A program made the position numbers and the translations under genes. A DNA stretch of 64,000 nucleotides from the human T2T-CHM13v2.0 reference genome, Homo sapiens. Where the stretch lies: assembly GCF_009914755.1 (NCBI RefSeq), contig NC_060930.1; one strand, 5' to 3'. The number at the start of each line of letters is the position of its first letter. Within the stretch, counting starts at the first letter, position 1. The notes under the pieces were generated by a model. That model did no database searches. It was not told the DNA's origin and saw only the letters and a list, made by a program, of their open reading frames with translations. Below, one piece after another: positions 14,321 to 28,644 of the stretch.

Positions 14321-16815
14321 TTTATTAACGATGAAGGCCATGGAGCCACTCTAAGAACAGCTGCTATACTCTGTTGCTGCCACAACTGTGAGAGGGATTT
14401 CTGGGACTCTGGATCTCCCATCAAGATCTGGAATAAGAAGTCCAGCCACATGATTCAGAAGAATGAATTACTGGAAGGACCTGAGCATACCCTCTTCCAT
14501 CCTGGACAGATATTAGGTTCAATTTATATAAAGTAACCGGCCTATTTTCTCAAGAGCAGATCCAGTCTACCAAGTGATGACATAAGAATGACTCAGAGCT
14601 TTATAAATCTAATTATCTTGAAATAATCTCTGATGTGGCTAACATATTGTACACTATCACCTCTTTATTTTCATCATGAGAATCAAAATGTGATATTAAG
14701 ATCTTAAAAAGTGTTTTTAGTGCTCTCTACATATGCTATCTGACAAAATATAACCCCTATCTTTATTTTTCTTATCTACTAAGTGAATAAAAAGGCATAA
14801 TGAGGCAGCCTTCTAATGAACCAAGTTGAGATGAGAAGATGATAAAATAAATGAAAAACAATCAAGAGTACTGGATAGATGTCAGGCCAAGAAATCAAAT
14901 GTCAAATTTGAATCAAGTGTCAAATCAAGAAAACCAGGTGGACGGCATGTGTAGTAAGAATTAAAAATTAGAAAATCCATGATAGAAGGTTCAGACATAG
15001 GTAGAATCAAAGAAGGAACTCAACTGAAGCAGAGGTACCAGAGAGCCCTGAAATTCTTTGATCCCTAAAAAGTAGGACAGAGCAAAAAGCATTCTACACT
15101 CACCAGAGAAGAAGAGATTTTGAAGACCTGAAAAAGACCTTGAATTTATCATTCACCTTGCATTACAAGAGCAGAACCCAGCCTTTGCATTATAGACGTG
15201 GCTTTGATGCACTCTCTCTCTCTCTCTTATTGCTGTTCAGCATGAGCTTAGACCCAAACTGCTGTTACTAGGTAACCACTCCATGGGTCTGAGTTCACAA
15301 GAAGAGCTTTTTTTTCTTTCTTTTTTAAAGCAATTTGACAGAACTTAGAGGAAATGAGAAGTTTTGAAAAATACCAAATGGAAAAATATCTCAAATGAAG
15401 ACCATATCAAGAACAGTAATTGGTTTCAAAGTGAGGGGTCACATATTCTAGGGGATGATTTAAATCCAGAAAAAAATGAAGGTATCAGCAACTTGAAAAT
15501 AAATGGGATCTATTGTCTGATAAAAGAAAAGACACACAGTGAATGTTACTTAAGGTGACATAAATATAGAAATATGAATGCATCTAATATGTTTAACAAA
15601 TACAAAGTTTTCAGAAAAGAAATATTGATTGAAAAGATGGATAAGGAAAGCAAGCAGAATGAAAATACCTAGAAGTGACAAACAGCCTGGAAAAAAAACA
15701 TTAAATTGACAAAAAAATGATAAATAAGCTTCATCCTTCATTCACCAAGCTGTGCATCTCTTTTTTAAAAAGAAAAATTTAATTTCATTTATTGAGCATG
15801 TACAACGTACAACGTATTGTTAATTAACTGTTAATAAAAGGCTCTGTGCTGCTGGGGGAACTGACACCAATTAACCATAGAAGTTATAAAGAGAATGAGG
15901 TCAGGGTCAGAAGTGACAGTGGGCAAAGATGCCTTTTGTATTTTCTGGAGCCTATAAATTAACTTTCCTAACATCCAAGAAGTGGTAACCATTTTCTTAA
16001 AATCTGATAGAGAGGCTAAACACACCCCTACACACCCTACACACACGCCAAGGAAAACACTTCTGAACGCATCATGATGATGCTGTGATGATAATCACTC
16101 AGCTAAACATAGCCTGTCCTTCATCCTCCACCAACGGCAACACCTCATCCTTCCAGGCTCCACATCCTTCTAATGCCACCTCCTTCATGGGCCCTCTCAG
16201 TTTCCCTATCAAGATTAGCCCTGCTTCCGCTCCACTCCATCATACCACTGGCTCTCAGATTCATGTCTCTTTTGCTTGCATTGTAGTTAACTAACTACTT
16301 ATTTGTCTTGCCCAATAAATAACTGACTTGATAAAGGTCTTATTCCCCTTGGAATCTCCCCAGCAGCCTGCGGAGTGCCTTGGTATGGAAGTGCTGGGGG
16401 AATCTGGTTTCTGAGACTGGGCTAAGGGCAGGCTAGTGTCCTCCAGCCATAAGTGTATAACCCATGCTAAGGGCAGGGCTCATGGATCAGCTTGCAGGTG
16501 GGTCACTGGAGGCTCCAGTGTCTTTGGGGATGTCCTGCCTTGGCTTACCTCTCCTTTTCCATCCTCCCTGTCTTTGCCTTGCCTGACCAGAAGCGCTCCA
16601 GGCACTGTGCCAGTGTTATCAAAGCTAACCACTGATCATGACAATGAGTTAAAATGTAACAACCTTGTTTACTCTGATTTACTCAATATAATTTAAAATA
16701 AATTAAGACATGGCAAATATCATGCATACTGCTCATTCCTATTATCTGTGCTTACAACAGAATTGTGAAAACCTAATCACACATCTACAAAGCATCATAA
16801 AATATCATGTTGTTA

Positions 16816-17122
<307 letters not shown>

Positions 17123-17212
17123 GTTGTTGAAGATAAAAAGTTATGTTTAAACGGCCAAAATTTTAAATATTTAACACATTTTGGTATTATATTATTGTCA
17201 TCACCATCTTAC

Positions 17213-17266
17213 TTTTTCCCCTTTGTCCCCAACTATGCCGGTGATGCCTCGCAAACCCTGGGCTCC
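17213..17266 (-). CDS. COL9A1: COL9A1 exon 20 (54 nt; GAQGLRGITGIVGDKGEK)
   Basis: atttccAG|GGAGCC...GAAAAA|GTAAGA. Confidence 0.97.
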
Positions 17267-19799
17267 CTGGAAATGTGAAAAAGAGAAGTGAATTATTTTA
17301 GTTGAAGCAAAGATTTTTAAAAATCTCATCACAAAAGCTGATCTAGACAATGGATATTATCATAACCAAAGGTAATACCAAGAAATAGTAACTATATATA
17401 TATAGACAAACATTTCTAGTTTAGAAAGTCCAAGGAGAATTCTTCTGATGGTAAACCTTTTTATAAAATTCTGAAGTCTTACACAAAACTGGAGTTGACA
17501 AAATCACTTATGACAAAAAAAGTAAATACCAGCATAAGAGAAATTGTGATAATATGTTTGACTTACCTTTTAACTTGTATGTAGAACTTACACTATCATT
17601 CCCACTTCCTTCATGGCATGTAACCTGGTTACATGTAACATGATTTTAAACCTTGAAATAATTTTTTTCTCACCAATGGACACCATCAAAAGCAGTAGGT
17701 TCCCAGGCTAGCCCACGAAAGCCTATAACCTAGAAAGGAGCTGGAGCCTCCATCAATCCCTTGTAGTCACTATTCATTATACCATTCTTATGATGAAAGG
17801 CATTCTGAATTCCAACTCGGGGCAATAGGAACCCATCTTAGTCATAAGAGTGGATAATCCTAAAAATGAGGGGCGGGGTGTGATTTCTAGGATCTCTTTC
17901 AATACTGAAATGTTACCATTCTGGACTCTCTGGCCCCCATACTAGGAGGGATCCAGAAATGGATCCTGGAAGGAGTGAGCTTGGGAATACCCTTGGAAGC
18001 AGAGGAGGGTGGATGCTCCATTAGGAAAGTGGGGGTAGCTACTTCTGGACAACCTGCTAACTGTCCCCATTGGCTTAAGATAAAGGAGCTCTAGGCCAGC
18101 ATTTCCCTCTTCTTCTCACTTAGAGAAAATGGGGCAAGTCCATGACCAACTCTTCATTCAGACCAGTCACAAATTCTATGTAGATCAGTCAGGAATGACC
18201 TCCAATTCAAATATGCAGGATGATCCAGTTTAGGATATCCATTTAGAATATCGAGTGAGATGTGGCCATATCAGATGAAAGCTGCTCTTTCTTGTGTAGC
18301 TCATTTACTGACTCTAAAGTTATTTCTACAAAAAGAAATATTTGGGTCAATAGCAATGACACGAGAATACCACATATTTTCTCTTGAGGTGTCTACTTTG
18401 AAGAACAGAGCTTTTTCTAAATATTCCAAGAAGCATATTTGTTTAAGTTGTGCATTACTTTATATTTGTGCATGTACATTTAAAAAGTACATGCTTTTTA
18501 AATTTGGCATACCTATTCCCAAATAGCAGGAGGTAATCAAGCACTAACGGATATCCCCCAATGGACCACTTGAGCCACGCAGTACCCAACATAGATCCTT
18601 AATCCCTGAAAATACTGTTTTAGAATGTTGTTTGCAAAACCCTGTTTTGAGAATCTTTGGGAATGGCTTTTATAAAATTTTTTTAAAAAACTTTAAATCC
18701 CTACCAAATTTTCATCAGATCAAAAAAAAAAAGCATATGTCTCTTACACCATGTATCCTTATCTCCTACCTGCGAAAGAGTCCAGCTCCTAGTGTCTCAT
18801 ATGGCAAACACTCAGGGGAGGGCAAACTTCTGAAATAAACACCCTAGACACCACAGATTCCCTGAAAGTTCTCATGTGGCTTGAAAGCAGAGACCATTTC
18901 TTCCAGATCCTCTGACTTACTTCCTTTAACTTAATTTCCCTTACACTTTAAATTCCCTTACACATTAATCTGCACAGCTCGCTGAACCCTTTTTAAACAG
19001 CCAGTCCTGTGGAGAAGAGCAGAGCAGGTGAATGGTGTTCCTGTGTTTGTCTTCAATTCATCAGTTTCTAAGAATAGTACCTGAGCTCGTCTTCTATAGA
19101 GTCTATAACCTGGCTAGCTGCAATGTTTAACTAATATTCTTCAATTATTATTTCCAAAATTGTCATTACTCATTTTAACAGGAAAAAAAGTGTAACAACT
19201 CCATTTTAATGTAATACAAAATAAGGCAAATTCTGATTTAACAACATTTGAAATTGAAGTTTGATGATGCCCCAAATCACCTTACTGTGAATATTATTGC
19301 AGAAATCTGCTAAAGCACGAGGGACCAATTTTTTATTAAAAGACATGATATGAGCAATTAAGAATGTTTTAATTAATTATAATGATTGCATACTGGAATA
19401 AGCTACATTAATCCAATAAATGATATACCTACTGCATATTTAGAACACACAAAATTTTCTCATTATATCATGTGATAATACGATAGAACATAAAAGATGA
19501 GTATCATCCTTTTGTGCTTAGTATTTGCTTTTCAATTGCCTGGCCCTGAAATCTGGTAAATGAATGTATGTAAATTATAGGTAGAATTTTTCTGTTAAAA
19601 AAGTGCTAGAATATATAATGAAGACCCTCTCCTATTTTGAAGAAGTAGTTATCCCCCAGTGCTGGCGTGGTGGAAAATAGAGGACACCAAGTTCATGTAA
19701 TGCTATTCATCCAACTGCTAAATAGAAAATATTCCAACAGTCATGAAAAAAAAGAATATTTACATATCCTAGTTAAATATTTTTTAAAAAATACTTTAC

Positions 19800-19853
19800 T
19801 GGAGGTCCTTGAGCTCCAACTTCTCCGAGTTCTCCCTGGTCACCTTCTTCACC
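19800..19853 (-). CDS. COL9A1: COL9A1 exon 19 (54 nt; GEEGDQGELGEVGAQGPP)
   Basis: ttctttAG|GGTGAA...CCTCCA|GTAAAG. Confidence 0.97.
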
Positions 19854-19979
19854 CTAAAGAAAAAAAAGAAAAAAGAAAAGCACACCAAATGTTATTCTAG
19901 CAAACGAACATAGAAATAGGCTTGGTCTAACTCATTATGTTTTAAGTTAACTTGGTGACTCCTGAATTATTCTACTTTC

Positions 19980-20940
19980 TTAAATTATTTATATGGGTAG
20001 TCCAAATTAATTGTAGAACATTCAGAAAATACAGAGAAGCCTACATATAAAAAGTCACCAAAATACCACCATTTAACTATAAAATACCAGTAACATTTAG
20101 ATGTTATTCTTTCAAAGTTTTTCTAAAGTGGGGGAAAGAGGAAGAGAGACAAAGATATCAAGAAAAATAAAGAGAGATAGAGAGAGTAAAGTTACTCATT
20201 TATGTTCCAAGTGTGTGTCAAATGGGGGGGATTTATTATTAGAAAAATGTAATTATACTATGAAAACTTTTTTGTAAGCTACAATATTTTTCATCGTGAT
20301 TTTTATTTTAGCTTTTCTTATTATAATTTTTGCACCATATACAATATTTTAATGTAAATCAGCCATTTCTTTCATGGGTTATACCTCCTGATGTCACTCA
20401 TAGAAAAGCCTTTTCCACTCTAAAAATATACATTTATTTATATTTTTGCTCTATTTCTTCTTACATAGAAATCTGTAATTACCCGTAATTTGTTTGGATG
20501 TAAAGCAAAACGTATACATCTTTTTTCTTTTTTCTTAGTAACGGGCCACTCTTCCAATAATAGATTCTCTCCACACAGTTTTCAAAATTCATCCTTAACA
20601 TATACTAAATTGTTACTGGCTCTAAACTTTGATTCTGCTCTACCGATCTACTATATGATGTTGCCAATGCCACAACATGTTAATTACTGAAATTCTATAA
20701 TACATTTTAATCTCAGGTAAGGAGAATTCCCTTATCTTTATTTTTCATTTATAGTTACTCTTATTTTTTAGATTTCCTAAATGTTTACTCTTCCAAATAA
20801 ACTTTAGAATCATTGGACAAATCTTCACAGAGTCTACTTGCTTTGTACTAGGACTGCATTAAATTAATAAATTAATATGGCAAGAGTTAAAACCTTGACA
20901 ATATTGAATCATTTATCTTGATTTTTTAAACAAATTATGA
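19980..20940 (-). mobile_element. Degraded old L1-like fragments
   Basis: AT-rich antisense-L1 phrases (ttccaaataaactttagaatca, ggactgcattaaattaataaatt). Confidence 0.4.
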
Positions 20941-23272
20941 GAGTCATACATATTGGTTTTAGCCTCATAATTATATTCAGATTATATTTCACTAGAATCT
21001 ATGACTGACAGTGGGAAGAGGCAGTCCCAATAGGAAAGCCAGAGAATTAGCTAGTTCTTGGCACAGATAATCATCATGTGTGCCTAATTAAATTCTACTT
21101 CTATTTCCCTACAAAAATATAAAACTAGATACAAAACAGCAGTGATTGATATGTCCACTGAAATTTTTCCATAACAAGGTACAGGGTATTTTCCATAGAT
21201 TCTCCATAAACTTTGGAGTAATATATTTGAATTGTTTCACCTACAGGTGAAAACCAAACAACTAATCCATAATTATGAAGTTTAGGAGTAGCAATTTATT
21301 ATCATTTCACTATGATTTTTGCATAAGTATTGACCTGCTGTATGATGTTACAAATACCACAACATTTTGATTATTGAAATTTTACTATTAATTCCTATAT
21401 TCATAAACAGTTTTAAAGATCTTCATTAACTAATTTGGGTAAAATTCAAGGCAAATTTGTGAATTTGAATCCAAACCTCAGGCCTCCAAGCTCTTACCAT
21501 TCTGTTTTCAGTTTCAGTTCAGTCTATCTGCTCAGCCTTTCAAGGTTCATTCTGCAATGAGCTATGGCCATCCTATCGATTTTCAAAGACATCACTTACA
21601 CTTTTAAGTGACACTAAAATGTAAAATAAATCAAAGAAATTTTCAACAACCTTCAAAGTAAATTTTGGCCAATTACTTGACATGCCAAAAAAAATTGTAG
21701 GTTTTCCACTGAACATCAAACCAAATTTGAGAATCTAGATAATTAACTTGTTTAAATATTAAAAAGACTACTTTCATGGGAAAAGTGGAGAGGCATCTGG
21801 ATTAACAGCTCCATCTCCAAATCCTGTGGGATGGGGGAGTGAAAATTCCCCAAAGGAAAGCATCATCAAAAGAAGGAGAAAGGGATACAAACATCAAAAA
21901 TAACAGAAGTCTACTACATCTGCTTTACTGCATAGAATACCTCATGAATATCTTTTGATGTAATTTAATATTCGTACACACTTGTTTTTTGTAGTTAACT
22001 ACTACTCTATTATTATATGGCTATGACATATTTAATTTAGTCCCCTGTGCTTGTACTTTTTTTTTTTTTTTTGGCTTCTGTGCCCCCAGTGCTCAGAATA
22101 ACCCTAGCACATAGCAGGTACTTTATATTTGTCAAAACTTTTAATGACAATTTTTAAGATTCAATGGAAGAATGATCATACAGAGAAATTTCCAAAGCAC
22201 TTGGGTTTTTTTCCTATTTTCTCCAATTTGACATTAGGAACCCAGCTGTTATATTTCAGATAAATAAAATGCCTTAACTATCACAGCCTATGTAATAAGA
22301 GACTTTTAAAATAAATGTCCAAACTGTAATAGGTTACAGAAAATTGGTCTATTTATCCTGATTGCTTGAGGCTATTTAACAAACTGATTTTTAGCTAAGA
22401 AGTTCAAGGGTATTAATGCCTGAAGACACTGATAAATTGCCTCTTGAGTTCTTGACTTCCAAAGAATAGACTAACCTTCTATCACTACCCAATAAAGGGG
22501 TAGAAGGACATAGTCAACAAAGTCAAGAGGACCTGCATTAATAAGAACAACTTAACTTTGTAAAATATTATCAAATTTACCAAGAGAAAACCTACTATGC
22601 AGGAAGTCAAATTCTTAGATACTCTTACACTAGTGGATGAAAAGAGGGCAAATATGTTACCTTGCTTTAAATCCCAGCCTTAGTTTTTCTGCAGGGCATG
22701 CCAGCTGCAATGCAAATTGTGCTGTGGATTCTATTTCTATGCAGATAATAACGTAAGTTATTACTAACCTCCAGCTTACTCAGAATCTAGGTTATATTGA
22801 AATGAGGTCAGAAATAAATAGATAAATTGTTTCAGAACTTGAGATGAGAAGCTATAAGCCAATTACCAACTTCTCTGTTTGCTAGTCTCAGCAACACTTG
22901 TCATAAAATTTTACAAATGTCATAAAATTTTGTCTGGTGAAGTGGAACAACCGTCTGAATAATGTTGGACTATCATAGCATCAAGGAAAAAAGCTGAGTG
23001 TGATTGATTTGAAAAGAAAAGAAAAGGTAGTGACAGAAAAAAATGAAAATGTCTGGTGCCTTATTTGTAAGTGTTTTATTGTAAATGAACAACTTCAGAA
23101 TATGATATTTAGTCAAATATTGATGCATCTGCTTAGAACTTATCAATCATTATTTAAAAAAGAATGGTAAAATATCGAGGTTCATTATTTCCTATAATTC
23201 CTAATTTCTTATAATGAAAGTGACCAATAACTCCTAATCACAATTTATCCACTAAATACCCATTTTCCTTAC

Positions 23273-23326
23273 CTTGTGTCCTTGTCTTCCTGGTTCACCA
23301 ATTTCTCCTTTAGCCCCTTTATGACC
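23273..23326 (-). CDS. COL9A1: COL9A1 exon 18 (54 nt; GHKGAKGEIGEPGRQGHK)
   Basis: ttgttAG|GGTCAT...CACAAG|GTAAGG. Confidence 0.97.
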
Positions 23327-23785
23327 CTAACAAATGCAAAATAAGTAATTGTCTTGAGTTTGGTACAGAAAGTGATCAGAAGGCTCATAAAGTGATCCTG
23401 CTTCCCTAAATCAGTGCCAATGTATTACTAAGAAATGAGTTATGTCACAAAGAAAATTAATGCCTTAAATGACCTTAACAGCACCATGACTGCCATATAT
23501 AATTAATATCAGTTTTACTTAATAGAAAAACACTGCTCTAGAATAATACACTTCATTACCTAGTTCAGCAATGTGATTCATTGATACTTGCCTGCTATTT
23601 CCTAGATCCCTATTCCCTATTTCTCCAACTTCCTCACACGGGTTAGGAGCATTAAGTCTTCTCTAGTTCCGGTAACTTAACCTTTCAGAAGTGACAGCCT
23701 TGACCAAGCTCAGCTGGCTATCCCCTGCCCTCTGAAGGCTGCTCTGAAAACCCTTCGGCCTCCTCCATTCCCACCTCCTTCCTGA

Positions 23786-24193
<408 letters not shown>

Positions 24194-24777
24194 TAAGTGC
24201 AAAGGGAAAGCAATAAAGGGCAGTGGGTGAAAGCTGCATTGGATGAAAATATCCCTATCTTTTCTTGTCAGGCCACTTGTCCTAAGCACGTGTGTGCTTT
24301 GTAACAGGAGACAAAACTGTGAGACAAGCGTTCCAAAATGAAAACTGTCGGAACTTTCACCCCTCAAAGAAATCTTTTTGAAAAATAGGACACCAGTCCA
24401 GGCTGAATCTTCTGCAGTTGAGGGAACCCACCAAAACTACCCTTAGAAAAACTCTAATGGAAAATCAGTGCCTTCGGGCCTTTCAGATCACAGCAGAGCT
24501 CCATTGGTCTGGAATGTCCCAAAATCACTTTAGACTGAGAGACTAGAGAGAGAGAAAGCTATTTATCCCCAGAATTTGGTATTTATTTTTTGTTTGTATG
24601 GAAAACTTTCAAGTAATTACGGTGGCAGACAGAGAAAAATACTTTGGGAAAGTCTCTTTTCCTGACTATTTTGCACAGTTTTTCAAAATTTTTTTAACTG
24701 AAAGTTTTCAAATACATTATGTACACAGCCCCCTCCAACTGCCCCCACCACTCACTATCTTCCTTAATAGGAAGCAC

Positions 24778-25070
24778 TTTTTTTTTTTGAGACAAGGTCT
24801 CCCTCCACCACCCAGGCTGGACTGCAGTGGCACAATCATAGCTCATTGCAACCTTGACTTCTCGAGCTCAAGTGATCCTCCCACCTCAGCCTCCCGAGTA
24901 GCCAGGACTACAAGTGCATGCCACCATGCCTAGCTAATTTTTTATTTCTTGTAGAGACAGGGGTCTCCCTCTGTTGTCCAGGTTGGTCTCAAACTCCTGG
25001 GTTTAAGCAATCCTCCCACCTTGGCCTCCCAAAGTTCTAGGATTACAGGCATGAACCACTACACTCAGCC
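24778..25070 (-). mobile_element. Alu (AluJ-like)
   Basis: acaatcatagctcattgcaaccttgac...; TSD aggaagca. Confidence 0.93.
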
Positions 25071-25359
25071 AGGAAGCAAACTTCTGAATCTTACTTTGGT
25101 GTTCTAAAGTCTCTCAATCCAATGTATTTTATTGGTATTTCTTCCCTGAACTAGAAAGCCATCCTATGATTAAACCTCCATGTCTTGGTAGGAATACAGG
25201 AATACATGTCAAGGGCAACTGGAATTGCTAGGACTGAATAAGCACTACTTGCCTGATCATCCAAGTGGGGTCTCTGCACCAGGAAGGCTAATGCTTAAAG
25301 TAAAGGCTCCATTTTATCTGTGGATAATACTCTTAAAATACTGGAAGTTATTCTCTTAC

Positions 25360-25416
25360 CCTCATGCCTGGTAGGCCTGGATATCCTGAGCGACCTGGTG
25401 GACAGGCATTGGGACA
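25360..25416 (-). CDS. COL9A1: COL9A1 exon 17 (57 nt; CPNACPPGRSGYPGLPGMR, NC3/COL2 junction)
   Basis: ccctggcAG|TGTCCC...ATGAGG|GTAAGA; two NC3 cysteines. Confidence 0.97.
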
Positions 25417-26188
25417 CTGCCAGGGAGAGAGGGAACAAAGAGAAAGAAAGACAGACAGAGTGCATAAACTAGGACTCCCGCTTTGTGACAGTATCTTTTT
25501 TAAGGGATTCCAGTTACAGAACTCCATTGCAATAATATTCATTGAATAATTCTAAACACCCCTTTCCTTTTTATTATTATTATTTCACATTTAAAGCCAG
25601 AAATATTTCTAGCTAACAGAAAAGTGTAGAGAATATAATACCCTCCCCCATGAATGTACCATCCAGATTTAATAAATGTTAATATTTTGCAAAATTTATT
25701 TCAAATCTAATTTATTAAGGAAAATATGTTTACAGATAACCTATTGTACCATGACAGGATTCATTTCCCCTTCCCATTCCACTAGACTAGCCCCATCCTG
25801 AGGTTCGTGTCTCCAATCAAATGGGCCAACATTGCATTTAGTGTACATTACCACCATCATTGGACTGTTAATCTGTGAGTAAAACAAATCCTAGAGGAAG
25901 TTATTTGAACTCTATCTCTTTAAAACCTGGATGCTCTAGTGAAAAGCATGTCTTAGTCATAAAGTAAAAAGATCATAGAAGAACAAAGATACATCTATAA
26001 TGAAAAATTATTAGTCTGAGTAGATGCAAGCCACTAGTCCACTAGCGTTACAGACTGCTCTGCCATTTGAGTGAAAGGAAAACACAGACACATAGAATAT
26101 TCCAGGGAAATCTTTTAAAGAAAACTCATCTGCAGGCTATATGGTCTTTGAATTAAAACTATATTTTGTTCAAAGGAAAGCATCTTAC

Positions 26189-26221
26189 CAATGGATCTCC
26201 ATCATGAAAGCCAATTGTTCC
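26189..26221 (-). CDS. COL9A1: COL9A1 exon 16 (33 nt; GTIGFHDGDPL, COL3/NC3 junction)
   Basis: actttAG|GGAACA...CCATTG|GTAAGA. Confidence 0.96.
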
Positions 26222-26869
26222 CTAAAGTAAACAAAATATTAAGGTTCAGAATACAATTAAATAATGAATTCAAACATACTAATACTAGAAAGCTCATCAG
26301 GCAAAAGTATAAAATATATTTGTTTAATAAAATATAAGAAACCAGATAATATGCTAATATTCTAAAATCCTGACTCATGGGCATGTTCTCTTTGGAGAGC
26401 CATGAATTGCAGTAGATTATTTTGGGAAGACATTGAAGGGAAACGAAATAAGAGGCAAAATAGAAAATGTGGGGAACTCTGAATTACAAATAAAAATATG
26501 AATTACCTTCCATTTAAACTCATATTCTTTAAATTTTTCTTACTATGAAAACCTTTGTAAAAACTAGTTCATTTGAAAATGCTTCATTTATATATCTAAG
26601 TTTTGAGCATTTGAGACATCACAACTGTCAAAAGACTTCAAAAGTAATGAGTAAGATATACCCTATAAAAACCACCTTTTAAATTATTGTGATTCTTCTA
26701 CTTCTTGCCCTAAACAGAACCATGCCCTTGAGTGCATGGAAAAATTGATAGCCGTTTTGGAAATTTGGGACAATGACTCAATTAATAGGAACTTCCATTT
26801 TGGATTCTTAGATTTTTTTCAACCCTGACTCTCAGACACAAACAGAAATTCAAGCTGCAAATAACTTAC

Positions 26870-26923
26870 TCTGGGTCCTGGGGGGCCAGGGGGGCCAGGT
26901 GGTCCTCTTCTCCCAGGGTCACC
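26870..26923 (-). CDS. COL9A1: COL9A1 exon 15 (54 nt; [18 protein letters not shown])
   Basis: acttAG|GGTGAC...CCCAGA|GTAAGT. Confidence 0.97.
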
Positions 26924-28210
26924 CTAAGTTATTTGAAAATTGCGACACAGTGGTTATACATGTGTCAAAACACAGTACATAAAACCAGTGAGGCATAAGA
27001 GAATGGTATTACTGGAAACCCCCACCGAGCTCAGCCATGCATAGACCTGCCACCAAAATCGATGGGTGGCCCGTAATCCAATTAGTTCTACAAAATGAGA
27101 GTAATAAAGGCATTCCAGTCTCACCGAGGTAATAAAACAAGTCAGAGAGAAGCTAGGGGAAAAAGCAAAGCCAATTCTTCTCTATCAGACAAACATTTTA
27201 TCTACTCTGAAAGCAAATTGGAAACACTACTTATTTTTCTGGTTGATTTACAGAGGACCTAGAGCAACCTATACTGCTAGTGCCATTCTGCTAACCAGTG
27301 CAAAAGAAGGTTTGCACTCAGTCTGAAACTGTGGAATGGAAGGTTAATCTCTGCAGTGCCTGACTCTTGCAAGTGCTGTTCACCCACAATCTATCACTTG
27401 GTCTGTCACTGCACCTCTTGCAATGAGTCAGAAAATCAAAGAAAGCTACATCGAAGTAAACCGTTCAGATGAAAATGGGTTCCAATTACTCTTAACATCC
27501 AATGTTTACTCTTGGCACATTTTCCTTCTTGATGTTCTGCCATAAAGAGTCGGAAGCACCTCCCAATTATTTTAACTTTACAATCATTTCATATTCATTC
27601 ACTTGTTCACTAAATAAATTTGCAAACAGTAAGCACATGTAGAGGAACAAACAAGGTATATGATACATGGCTCCTTCCCACAGTGAGTTTACAATTACGC
27701 GCCTTCACATAACATCACTATGTCAACGTTTTTGAAATGTTTACTTAATATCAATATGAAGCATTTTATATGAGACATTTTTTATGAAGCCCAGCTCTTT
27801 AATGTTAAAAGTTAAATTTTGTTGGCTGAATTATAATTTAATGATCCTAACATAAATACACATGGTAATAATTTTAGGCTATTCACTTTTATTTCATGCA
27901 GGGAGCCTAATACAAAAGCCACTAGACTCCAGTCCTGGCTGAGAGTCTGTAAAATGAGGACGACACTCTCTTACTTGACAATCTGGAAGTTGGGAAGAAA
28001 AGTTTAGCTGAAAAATTTAGGAAAAAATTAAAATCACTCTGCAAAAATTATTATTATTCCTGGTTCACATCAATATTATAAACTGGAATGAAATTCATCT
28101 GCCATGTTTTGGTTTGCAAGTGGAAATGTACAGTTAGGGTAATTTGCTTTCCCAAATAACATCTTCTATTAAATCAGCAAACGTCTATCAAAGTGCACTG
28201 TGGTACTCAC

Positions 28211-28264
28211 AACAGGTCCTACACGGCCAAGCTCTCCAGGGAGTCCTGCTGTCCCAGGAGGACC
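28211..28264 (-). CDS. COL9A1: COL9A1 exon 14 (54 nt; GPPGTAGLPGELGRVGPV)
   Basis: cttcAG|GGTCCT...CCTGTT|GTGAGT. Confidence 0.97.
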
Positions 28265-28620
28265 CTGAAGTCAACAAATCAAAGCAAATGGTCATTTATG
28301 AATATTTTTACAATCTATCATACATTATATCAAATATGATAAATATTAGATTTACATTTCTGTATTAGCTTTGGTTTCCAATGACACAATAACTCATTTG
28401 ACCAAACTTTAATTACTTAAGATACAGCAGAAATTTCCTAAATTAATAAATATTTTGTTTAGCAGAATAAGGGTGTTATCCTTAGTAGCCACCTAAGATC
28501 TTGCAGGTAGAACACTGTAAACACCACTGAGTAGACCGTTAGTAGGAGAATAAGGTGGGGATTTGAGAAATAGGACATTTTTATAGACTGCATAAAAATA
28601 AATGATGAAGTGATACTTAC

Positions 28621-28644
28621 AGGGGGTCCAGGAATACCACGGCC
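28621..28644 (-). CDS. COL9A1: COL9A1 exon 13 (24 nt; GRGIPGPP, contains a helix interruption)
   Basis: cttttAG|GGCCGTGGTATTCCTGGACCCCCT|GTAAGT. Confidence 0.96.

Noticed and set aside
22899-22932. Small tandem duplications (tgtcataaaatttt x2; also ctaggcactgca x2 near 58298 and ttcccttacac x2 near 18940)
   Set aside because: Ordinary slippage duplications with no functional indication
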